A stretch of DNA of 25,721 nt from Armatimonadota bacterium (lineage in GTDB: Bacteria; Sysuimicrobiota; Sysuimicrobiia; Sysuimicrobiales; Humicultoraceae), in assembly GCA_037446215.1 (NCBI GenBank), contig JBBIJB010000032.1, positions 1 to 25,721 on the forward strand, read 5' to 3'. Shown here in pieces: positions 18,246 to 25,721 of this stretch. The notes beneath the pieces were generated by a model. It did no database searches. It was not told the origin of the DNA and worked only from the letters and a program-made list of their open reading frames with translations. The position numbers and the translations under genes were made by a program. Every line of letters begins with the position of its first letter. The stretch's first letter is position 1.

Positions 18246-21200
18246 TCAGGCTCCCACGCTTGCCTCCGCCGCCCAGGCGGCGGTTCCGGCGCCCAGAAGC
18301 CGCTCGACCGCCTCTACCACCGTGGCGCCTGGGGCCACGCGCAGGTCCTTCACACGTATCTTGACCCGCCTTCCGTCGCCGCGGATCGTCATGACGACCC
18401 GGCGGTCGCCGGGGAACTCAGCGAGGAGCTCTCTCAGCCGTCGGAGCACCGGCTCGCCGTGGGCCTCCGTGTCGATCATCACCTGGAGCACCTCGCCGGC
18501 AGAGGTCGCGCCACGTCGGTCCGCGGCCGCCGGCTGCCGTGTGTCGGGCTCCAGCGGCACTACGCCCTCGGCCATCACCTTTGCCTGCTGCTCGGAAGAC
18601 TCCAAGCGTCCCCTGACCACCACTATGGCGTCCCGCCGCAACGCGGGGCTGCACTGCTCATAGGTCTTCGGGAAGACGACGACCTCTACGCCGCCTGTAT
18701 GATCCTCCAGGGTCAGGAAAGCCATCGCGGCGCCGTTCTTCGTCGTTGCCCTCTTGAGCGCCGTGATCATCCCCCCCACGACCACCTCGCTCCGATCGCG
18801 CAGCTCCGGGAGCTGGGAGACGGTGGCGGTGACCCTCTGTGCTAGCAGATCCCGGACCTGGGCCAGCGGATGGTCGGAGAGGTAGATCCCGAGCATCTCT
18901 CTCTCCATCGCCAGCAGCTCGGCCCTCGTGAACTCCTCGACACCGCCGGATCGCGGAGGGGGCTGCGGAGCGGCGGAGCCGACGTCGAACAGCCCGGTCT
19001 GGGCGCCGGATCGTCCCCGAGACGACCTCCCCGCCGCCGAGAGCGCGGAGTCCAGTTCGTGGAGGAGCGCCGCGCGGGAGCCGCCGAGCGAGTCCAGCGC
19101 CCCCGCCTTGACCAGGCTCTCGAAGACCCGCCTGTTGACCGCCCGAAGGTCCACCCTGCTGGCCAGGTCCGCCAGGGTGGAGAACGGACCATCCACCTCG
19201 CGCGATCTCAGGATCGCCTCCACCGCCCCAACGCCGACGTGCTTCACCGCGGCAAGGCCGAACCTGATAGAGCCGTCGGCCACGGTGAACGTCTCCGACG
19301 AGGAGTTCACGTCCGGGGGAAGGACCCTGATTCCCATCCGTTCGCACTCGGCCACGGCCGCGGCGACCTTCGCCATCCAATCCTGCCCCTGGGCCTCGGC
19401 TGTCAGGACGGCCGCCATGTACTCCGCGGGGAAGTTGGCCTTCAGGTAGGCGGTCTGGTAGGAGATCAAGCCGTAGCACGCCGCGTGGGCGCGGTTGAAG
19501 CCGTAGTGCGCGAACGGCTCGAACTGCTCCCAGATCTGCTCGGCCTTGCGCTTGGCAACCCCCTTGCTCTTCGCCCCGGCCAGGAACTGTTCGCGCTGCG
19601 CCTCCAGCTTGTCCTTGATCTTCTTGCCGATCGCGTAGCGCAGGACGTCTGCCTCGGCCGGCGTGTAGCCCGCCACCGCCTGGCAGACCGCCATGACGTC
19701 CTCCTGGTAGACCATGACTCCGTAGGTGTCCGCGAGCACGCTCTCCATCAGCGGGTGCAGGTAGGTTATCGGCTCCTGGCCGTGCTTGCGCCTGATGTAC
19801 GAAGGGATGTTGGACATGGGGCCCGGCCGGAACAGCGCCACCATCGCCATTATGTCCTCGATGCGGGACGGCCTGAGCTCCTTCAGGTAGCGGGTCATTC
19901 CCGCGCCCTCGAGCTGGAAGATGCCGACCGTCTCGCCCCTCGAGAGGAGCTCGAAGGTGGCCCGGTCGTCGAGGGGGATCGACTTGAGGTCGATCAGCAC
20001 CCCCCTGACGCGCTCGACTATCCCGAGCGCCCCCTCGAGGATCGAGAGGTAGGAGAGCCCCAGGAAGTCCACCTTGAGTAGGCCGATTCGCTCGACAGCG
20101 TCCTTGTCGTACTGCGTCATGACCAGGTCGCCCTTGGTGGCGCGCTGGAGGGGGACGCGGTCGATCAGCGGATCGCGCGAGATGATCACCCCCGCGGCGT
20201 GCGTGCTCGCGTGGCGTGCGACGCCCTCGAGCCCCCGCGCGATCCCCACCAGCCGCGACACCGTCGGGGACTCCTCCGAGGTGCGCTTCAGCTCGGGATC
20301 GGCCCGTAGGGCCTCGTCGATCGAAGCGTTGAATGGAATCAGCTTGGCGATCCTATCCACCTCGCCGTAGGGGAGCCCCATCACCCTCCCCACGTCGCGG
20401 ACCGCCTGGCGGGCTCCCATCTTGCCGAAGGTGATGATCTGGGCGACGTGGTCGGCGCCGTACTTGTCTATTACGTACCGGATTACCTCGTCGCGTCGGC
20501 TGTCCATGAAGTCGACGTCTATGTCGGGCATCGTGTAGCGCTCGAGGTTGAGGAACCGCTCGAAGGGCAGGCGGTAGTGCAGCGGATCCACGTCGGTGAC
20601 GCCGAGGGTGTACAGCACTAGGCTGCCCGCCGCCGACCCTCGGACCGTGGTCAGTATCCCCCGGCGCCTCGCGAACGACACGAAGTCCCACACGATGAGG
20701 AAGTACGCCGAGTAGCCCGCCTTCGCGATCACACCGAGCTCGCGGTCGAGACGGTCCTGCTGGACGGCGGTCGGGCGGCCGTACTGCCTGCGGAGGCCCT
20801 CTTCGCACAGGCTGCTCAGGTAGTCGTCGGGCGTGCGGCCTTCCGGAACCGGGAAGCTGGGCAGGCGGGGCACGCCGAGATCCAGGTCCAGCGAGGCTCG
20901 CTCCGCGATCGCAAGGGAGGAACGCAGCGCCTGCGGCACCTGCCTGAACCGCGCCTCCATCTCCTCTGCGCTCTTGAGGTAGAACTCCGGGGTGTCCGCC
21001 ATCCTCGGCTTGCTGGAGTCGCCGAGGGTTACGTTCATCTGGATGCACATCAGGGCGTCCTGCGCCTCGGCCTCGTCCTTGGCGACGTAGTGCACGTCGT
21101 TGGTGGCGATGAGCGGAAGGCCCATCTGGGCCGAGAGGCTGAGCATGCCCCTGATGTTCTGCTGCTGTTCGGGTATCCCGTGGTCCTGTATCTCAAGGTA

Positions 21201-21716
21201 GTAGCCGTCAGGGCCGAAGATCTCGCGGTAGGCCCCTGCGATCTCGGCCGCCGCCCGCATGTCGTCGCGGAGTACTGACTGCGCCACCTCTCCCTGCAGG
21301 CAGCCGCTGAGCGCGATCAGGCCGCGGTGGTGGCGCGCAAGCAGATCCCTGTCGACCCTCGGCTTGTAGTAGAAGCCGTCCAGGTGCGCCGTGGTGGTCA
21401 GCCTTAGGAGGTTTCGGTAGCCCTCCTCGCTCACCGCGAGCAGCACGAGGTGGTACGGGTTGGCGTCGATCTTCGGGTCGCGGTCGTTGTGACGGCGCGG
21501 GGCAACATACGCCTCCAGCCCCACTATCGGCTTGAGGCCGTGCTGCCGCGCCTTCACGTAGAACTCCACGGCCCCGTACATCGCGCCGTGGTCCGTCATG
21601 GCCACCGCGGGCATGCCCATGGCCGCGGCCGCCCTTACTATCGGCTCTATGCGGGCGGACCCGTCCAGCAGGGAGTACTCGGTGTGCAGATGGCAGTGAA
21701 CGAAAGGCTCGGGCAT
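18246..21716 (-). CDS. dnaE: DNA polymerase III subunit alpha
   Basis: PHP domain (HCHLHTEYSLLDG, TDHG, ATNDVHY), RGSAAGS, FERFLN.ER..MPDIDVDF, KVDFLGL, YGFNRAHAA.Y, OB fold; no intein seen. Confidence 0.97.
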   Translation of the reverse strand: MPEPFVHCHLHTEYSLLDGSARIEPIVRAAAAMGMPAVAMTDHGAMYGAVEFYVKARQHGLKPIVGLEAYVAPRRHNDRDPKIDANPYHLVLLAVSEEGYRNLLRLTTTAHLDGFYYKPRVDRDLLARHHRGLIALSGCLQGEVAQSVLRDDMRAAAEIAGAYREIFGPDGYYLEIQDHGIPEQQQNIRGMLSLSAQMGLPLIATNDVHYVAKDEAEAQDALMCIQMNVTLGDSSKPRMADTPEFYLKSAEEMEARFRQVPQALRSSLAIAERASLDLDLGVPRLPSFPVPEGRTPDDYLSSLCEEGLRRQYGRPTAVQQDRLDRELGVIAKAGYSAYFLIVWDFVSFARRRGILTTVRGSAAGSLVLYTLGVTDVDPLHYRLPFERFLNLERYTMPDIDVDFMDSRRDEVIRYVIDKYGADHVAQIITFGKMGARQAVRDVGRVMGLPYGEVDRIAKLIPFNASIDEALRADPELKRTSEESPTVSRLVGIARGLEGVARHASTHAAGVIISRDPLIDRVPLQRATKGDLVMTQYDKDAVERIGLLKVDFLGLSYLSILEGALGIVERVRGVLIDLKSIPLDDRATFELLSRGETVGIFQLEGAGMTRYLKELRPSRIEDIMAMVALFRPGPMSNIPSYIRRKHGQEPITYLHPLMESVLADTYGVMVYQEDVMAVCQAVAGYTPAEADVLRYAIGKKIKDKLEAQREQFLAGAKSKGVAKRKAEQIWEQFEPFAHYGFNRAHAACYGLISYQTAYLKANFPAEYMAAVLTAEAQGQDWMAKVAAAVAECERMGIRVLPPDVNSSSETFTVADGSIRFGLAAVKHVGVGAVEAILRSREVDGPFSTLADLASRVDLRAVNRRVFESLVKAGALDSLGGSRAALLHELDSALSAAGRSSRGRSGAQTGLFDVGSAAPQPPPRSGGVEEFTRAELLAMEREMLGIYLSDHPLAQVRDLLAQRVTATVSQLPELRDRSEVVVGGMITALKRATTKNGAAMAFLTLEDHTGGVEVVVFPKTYEQCSPALRRDAIVVVRGRLESSEQQAKVMAEGVVPLEPDTRQPAAADRRGATSAGEVLQVMIDTEAHGEPVLRRLRELLAEFPGDRRVVMTIRGDGRRVKIRVKDLRVAPGATVVEAVERLLGAGTAAWAAEASVGA

Positions 21717-21728
21717 GGGCTCACGCGC

Positions 21729-21737
21729 ATTGTAGCA
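21729..21737 (-). promoter_or_regulatory. extended -10 promoter of dnaE
   Basis: Minus strand TGcTACAAT, 12 nt before the ATG; no SD sequence. Confidence 0.55.
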
Positions 21738-21755
21738 CAGGCGGTGTCGCCCCGG

Positions 21756-23192
21756 TCAGGACCGGGGGGCTGCCCGCCTGAGCCCTGCGACGAGGTGCAC
21801 GTGGCTTGTGTGGGGCAGTAGGTCGACCGGCTGCACGCCTACCACGGCGTAGCCGGCCTGCCTCAGACGCACCAGGTCGCGGGCACAGGTGGAGAGCGAC
21901 CTCGCCATGTAGACCAGGCGCGGGGTCTCGGCTGAGACCACGGCCCGGATCACCCGCGCCTCCAGGCCGGGGCCCTCCGCACCCACAACGACCAGGGCGG
22001 GCCGCCGCCGGCGCACCGCCATCCCTGACAGCACCGAGGCTCCGTCCCGTGCCGAGAAGAGGGCGTTGACCACCCCGTTCCGCTCGGCCGCGCTGCGCCC
22101 GTCGCCTGCGGCCCTCCTGTCCGCCGAGGCCCCGACCGCGCTCTCCGCGCGCCCGGCGAGCGCCAGGGTCACAAGCGGGTTCGCCGCCGACATGTCGAGC
22201 GCGACCTCGCCGCCGCTCAGCGCCGCGGCCGCGAGAACCGCCTCCACCAGATGGCCTGCGGCCGGTGTGTTGGCCGGAAGCCCGGTGGACGGCCGCAGGC
22301 GCAGCCGGAAACCGGCCACCTCCTCTTCCACCTCCCCGCGCCCCCATAGTAACCGCTGCCGTTGGCCCAAGAGGTCGCCCGCTCCTGGGCGCCGCACCGC
22401 GCTGAGGATCCCTACCAGCCCGGGCACCCGGTCCAGGAGGCACCGCACCACGGCGCTGCGGTCGGGGATAGGGGCGGAGGTGGAGAGGGTGAGCAGCGCC
22501 TCGCCCGTGGAGAACGAGGAAAGGCCGGCAACGCCCCTTACAAGCCCTGCTCCGGTGCTCCTGTCGTACGGCTCCATCCTGAGTGAGCGCAGCGCCTCGC
22601 GGACCGCCGTGAGCATCGCCTCGTTTGCCGGGTGCTGAACCGGGCATGCCGAGACGTCTACGACCCTCTCGCCCGCCGCCGAATGGAATCCCACGGCGAG
22701 CGCGCCGTCTCGCGCCGCGCAGATCGCCTGCATCGTGCTGCGGTAGGCCCAGGCACCGCCTCCCACCGCGGGACGCACGAGATCCCTGCGCACCCCCGCG
22801 TGCTCCTTGAGGTGGTCCCTGACCAGACCCGTCTTCATTATCCGCTGCGCTTCGAGGGAGACGTGCTGCCACTGGCACCCCCCACATCGCCCGAAGTGCG
22901 GGCACCTGGGCTCGACCGAGTGCGCCGACTTCCGGCGGACGACGACGAGCCGCCCCCTTGCCCTGCGCCCTCCCTCGGTTATCTCGATGACGGCGTCCTC
23001 TCCCGGTATGGCGAAAGGCACCAGGACCGTGGCGGCCCCCAGGCGCGCCACCGCCGCCCCATCCGGGGCCACGGCGGAGAAGTGCACGTGGAGGCGCTGG
23101 CCCACGGTTGTCGAGCCGAGGCCGCCGCGCCTGGGATGGCTCGTCGGGGCCTGAGCCTGCGGGACGTAGCGGCGGGACCGCGGCTGCCTCAC
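21756..23192 (-). CDS. RlmD/TrmA-family RNA m5U methyltransferase homologue, catalytically degenerate
   Basis: TRAM-like start (DGAAVAR..VPFAIPGE), CPHFGRCGGCQWQH plus CPVQ Fe-S ligands, C-terminal VQPVDLLPHTSHV; SAM-binding and catalytic motifs are altered. GTGA overlap with the gatB stop; the true start could be further downstream. Confidence 0.82.
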   Translation of the reverse strand: MRQPRSRRYVPQAQAPTSHPRRGGLGSTTVGQRLHVHFSAVAPDGAAVARLGAATVLVPFAIPGEDAVIEITEGGRRARGRLVVVRRKSAHSVEPRCPHFGRCGGCQWQHVSLEAQRIMKTGLVRDHLKEHAGVRRDLVRPAVGGGAWAYRSTMQAICAARDGALAVGFHSAAGERVVDVSACPVQHPANEAMLTAVREALRSLRMEPYDRSTGAGLVRGVAGLSSFSTGEALLTLSTSAPIPDRSAVVRCLLDRVPGLVGILSAVRRPGAGDLLGQRQRLLWGRGEVEEEVAGFRLRLRPSTGLPANTPAAGHLVEAVLAAAALSGGEVALDMSAANPLVTLALAGRAESAVGASADRRAAGDGRSAAERNGVVNALFSARDGASVLSGMAVRRRRPALVVVGAEGPGLEARVIRAVVSAETPRLVYMARSLSTCARDLVRLRQAGYAVVGVQPVDLLPHTSHVHLVAGLRRAAPRS

Positions 23193-24643
23193 AGGCCCAG
23201 CCTCTCCCGAAGCAGGCGGTTGGTGGCCTCGGGGCTGGCGCGTCCCTGCGTCGCCTTCATGACCTGCCCCACCATGAAGGCGATCGCGCGTTCCTTGCCG
23301 GCGCGAATCTCGGCCGCGGGCCCGGGATTCCGGGCGATAACCGCGTCGACGACCCGGGCCAGCTCCTCTCGGTCGCTTATCTGGGACAGCCCCCGGGCCT
23401 CCACGACCGCTTCCGGCTCCGCGCCACGCTCCAGTGCCTCCAGGAGCACCTCCTTGGCGGCGCGGCCGCTGAGGGTGCCCCCTTCGACAAGCCGCAGCAG
23501 CGAGGCGAGCCTGGCAGGGGTGAGCGGCGTCGCGTTTATCTCGCTGCCTCGCTCGTTCAGGTAGGCCGAGACCTCTCCGACCAGCCGGTTCGCCACGGCC
23601 TTGGGGTGGGCGTAGAGGGCGACGGTCTCCTCGAAGAAGCGGGCCATCGCGGGCGACGCGGTCAGCAGGTTGGCGTCATAGGGGCTGAGCCCGTACTGGG
23701 CCACGAACCGGCCGACCCTTGCCGCGGGAAGCTCGGGAAGGGCGGCCCTGATCTGCTCGAGCATGGCCGGACTGACCGCTATCGGGACCAGGTCGGGCTC
23801 GGGGAAGTACCGGTAGTCCTCCGCCTCCTCCTTGGAGCGCGACCCGAACGTCACCCCCCTGCGCTCATCCCAGTGCCTCGTCTCCTGGCGCACGGGCTCC
23901 CCGTGCTCCAGCACCTTGCGCTGCCTGTCGGCCTCGTAGGCCAGCGCCCTCTCCACAGAGCGTACCGAGTTCATGTTCTTGACCTCGGTGCGGGTGCCCG
24001 GTGGGCCGCCCGGGCACTGGAGCGAGAGGTTGGCATCGCACCGGAGGGTTCCCTCCTCCATGCGCCCTGTGGTCACACCGGCATGGACGAGCAGCCGCCG
24101 CAGCGCGTTGAGGAACTCCCGGGCCTCGGTCGGCGAGCGAAGGTCGGGCTCCGTCACGACCTCCATCAGCGGGACGCCCGAGCGGTTGTAGTCCACCAGG
24201 CTGTGGAGCGGGTCGGAGTCGGGGTGGACCAGGCGGGCGGTGTCCTCCTCCAGGTGGACCCTACGTATCCCCACCCTGAAGCTCCCTGCGGCCCCCGCCA
24301 CCTCCAGGAAGCCCGCGGTGGCAAGGGGTGGATGACCGGAATACTGATACTGCGAGATCTGGTAGTTCTTCGGGAGATCCGGGTAGTAGTAGTTCTTGCG
24401 GTGGAACTGGCTCCTGGAATGCACCGTGCACCCCAGCGCCAGCGCGGTGGTGAGGCCGAACTCCACCGCCCGCCGGTTCAGCACCGGAAGCGCGCCCGGG
24501 AGACCCAGGCAGACTGGACAGATGAGGGTATTGGGGGGCGACCCGAAGGTCACCGCGCACCCGCAGAACATCTTCGAGCTTGTGAGCAGCTGGACGTGTA
24601 TCTCCAGGCCGATGACGGCGGAGTGGGGCCCCGGCGCGGTCAC
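23189..24643 (-). CDS. gatB: Asp/Glu-tRNA amidotransferase subunit B
   Basis: [76 protein letters not shown], YqeY-like tail. Start GTG 24643 overlaps the gatA stop. Confidence 0.97.
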   Translation of the reverse strand: MTAPGPHSAVIGLEIHVQLLTSSKMFCGCAVTFGSPPNTLICPVCLGLPGALPVLNRRAVEFGLTTALALGCTVHSRSQFHRKNYYYPDLPKNYQISQYQYSGHPPLATAGFLEVAGAAGSFRVGIRRVHLEEDTARLVHPDSDPLHSLVDYNRSGVPLMEVVTEPDLRSPTEAREFLNALRRLLVHAGVTTGRMEEGTLRCDANLSLQCPGGPPGTRTEVKNMNSVRSVERALAYEADRQRKVLEHGEPVRQETRHWDERRGVTFGSRSKEEAEDYRYFPEPDLVPIAVSPAMLEQIRAALPELPAARVGRFVAQYGLSPYDANLLTASPAMARFFEETVALYAHPKAVANRLVGEVSAYLNERGSEINATPLTPARLASLLRLVEGGTLSGRAAKEVLLEALERGAEPEAVVEARGLSQISDREELARVVDAVIARNPGPAAEIRAGKERAIAFMVGQVMKATQGRASPEATNRLLRERLGL

Positions 24644-25721
24644 GGCACGCCTCCCAAGCCGCCGACCGGCCCCTCTCCCCCGGCTGGTGGGCCGGGGAGC
24701 GGGGGTGTTCGCAGGTGCCAGTCGGCCACCTGCTGATAGGCGTGTCCGACGCGGAGCAGCGTGGCCTCCTCGAAGGCCCGGCCGACCAGTTGCAGGCCTA
24801 TCGGCAGCCCGTTGGCCATGCCGCACGGCAGGGAGAGCCCCGGGAGTCCCGCGAGGTTGACCGGTATGGTATAGACGTCCGACAGGTACATCTGAAGAGG
24901 ATCGTCCGCCCTGTCGCCGATCGCAAACGGGAGCGTCGGGGAGGTCGGCATCGCGATGACGTCGACGTGCCCGAACGCTCCCTCGAAGTCGCGCGCTATC
25001 AGCGTGCGGACCCTCTGGGCCTTTATGTAGAACGCCTCGTAGTAGCCGGCGGACAGCGCATAGGTGCCGAGCATGATCCTTCTCTTGACCTCTGCGCCGA
25101 ACCCGTCCCTCCGGGTATTGCCGTAGAGCGAGAGGAGATCCCGGCCCTCGGCCCTGAGGCCGAACCTCACCCCGTCGTAGCGTGCCAGGTTGGACGAGGC
25201 CTCGGCCGGCGCGATCAGGTAGTAGGCAGCGAGCGCGCTGTCCATCGTCGGGAGTGAGATCTCCTCGACCTCGAGCCCGAGATGCTCGAGCGCTCTCAGG
25301 GCTTCCCGCACCGCCTCCGCCACCTCGGGGGCCACTCCCGAGCCGAACGCCTCTGCCGGGACGCCCAACCTCACCCCTCGGGGCTCGCGGCCGAGCGCGG
25401 CGGCGTATCCGGGCACCGCCACGTCCGCGGAGGTGGAGTCGCGCGGGTCATGGCCGGCCGTCGCAGCCAACAGGAGCGCGCAGCCGGCGGCGTCCCTGGC
25501 AAGGGGACCTATCTGATCGAGGGACGAGGCGAAGGCAACCAGGCCGTACCGCGAGACGCGCCCGTAGGTGGGCTTGAGCCCTGTCACGCCGCAGAAGCCC
25601 GCGGGCTGCCGGATCGATCCCCCTGTGTCCGATCCGAGCGCGAGCGTCGCGAACCCGGCGGCCACCGAGGCGGCCGATCCCCCGCTCGACCCACCGGGGA
25701 CACGTGTCGGATCCCACGGGT
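24640..25721 (-). CDS. gatA: Asp/Glu-tRNA amidotransferase subunit A (5' part lies outside the window)
   Basis: [66 protein letters not shown]. Confidence 0.97.
   Translation of the reverse strand, partial: PWDPTRVPGGSSGGSAASVAAGFATLALGSDTGGSIRQPAGFCGVTGLKPTYGRVSRYGLVAFASSLDQIGPLARDAAGCALLLAATAGHDPRDSTSADVAVPGYAAALGREPRGVRLGVPAEAFGSGVAPEVAEAVREALRALEHLGLEVEEISLPTMDSALAAYYLIAPAEASSNLARYDGVRFGLRAEGRDLLSLYGNTRRDGFGAEVKRRIMLGTYALSAGYYEAFYIKAQRVRTLIARDFEGAFGHVDVIAMPTSPTLPFAIGDRADDPLQMYLSDVYTIPVNLAGLPGLSLPCGMANGLPIGLQLVGRAFEEATLLRVGHAYQQVADWHLRTPPLPGPPAGGEGPVGGLGGVP

Overview
High-GC bacterial chromosomal window of mostly housekeeping genes, all on the minus strand except one tRNA. In transcription order (right to left): gatA (partial), gatB, a catalytically degenerate RlmD/TrmA-like protein, dnaE, DUF881, [tRNA-Leu(CAA) on +], ECF sigma factor, zf-HC2/DUF4349 anti-sigma, polA, coaE, a secreted Pro-rich protein with a copper-amine-oxidase-N ('stalk') domain, uvrB, uvrA, uvrC, a Phd/YefM-O6-alkylguanine alkyltransferase (Ogt) fusion, an ABC ATPase, a FecCD-type permease, tRNA-Gly(GCC) and tRNA-Cys(GCA). 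I see no mobile element, integrase or CRISPR array. The gene content suggests a Terrabacteria lineage, perhaps Armatimonadota-like, but this is weak inference. The best candidate for a novel system is a toxin-less Phd/YefM DNA-binding domain fused to an intact Ogt. It sits behind a sigma70 promoter overlapped by a toxin-antitoxin (TA)-type tandem-palindrome operator, so it could be a self-repressing alkylation sensor and repair module, coupled to a mismatched ABC pair. Also notable: an RlmD pseudo-enzyme coupled to gatB, a PolA with a steric-gate E-to-D change, a perfect hairpin enclosing the polA -10 box, a probably leaderless uvrB, and ECF-type promoters. All family calls come from motif recognition by eye; no database searches were run.
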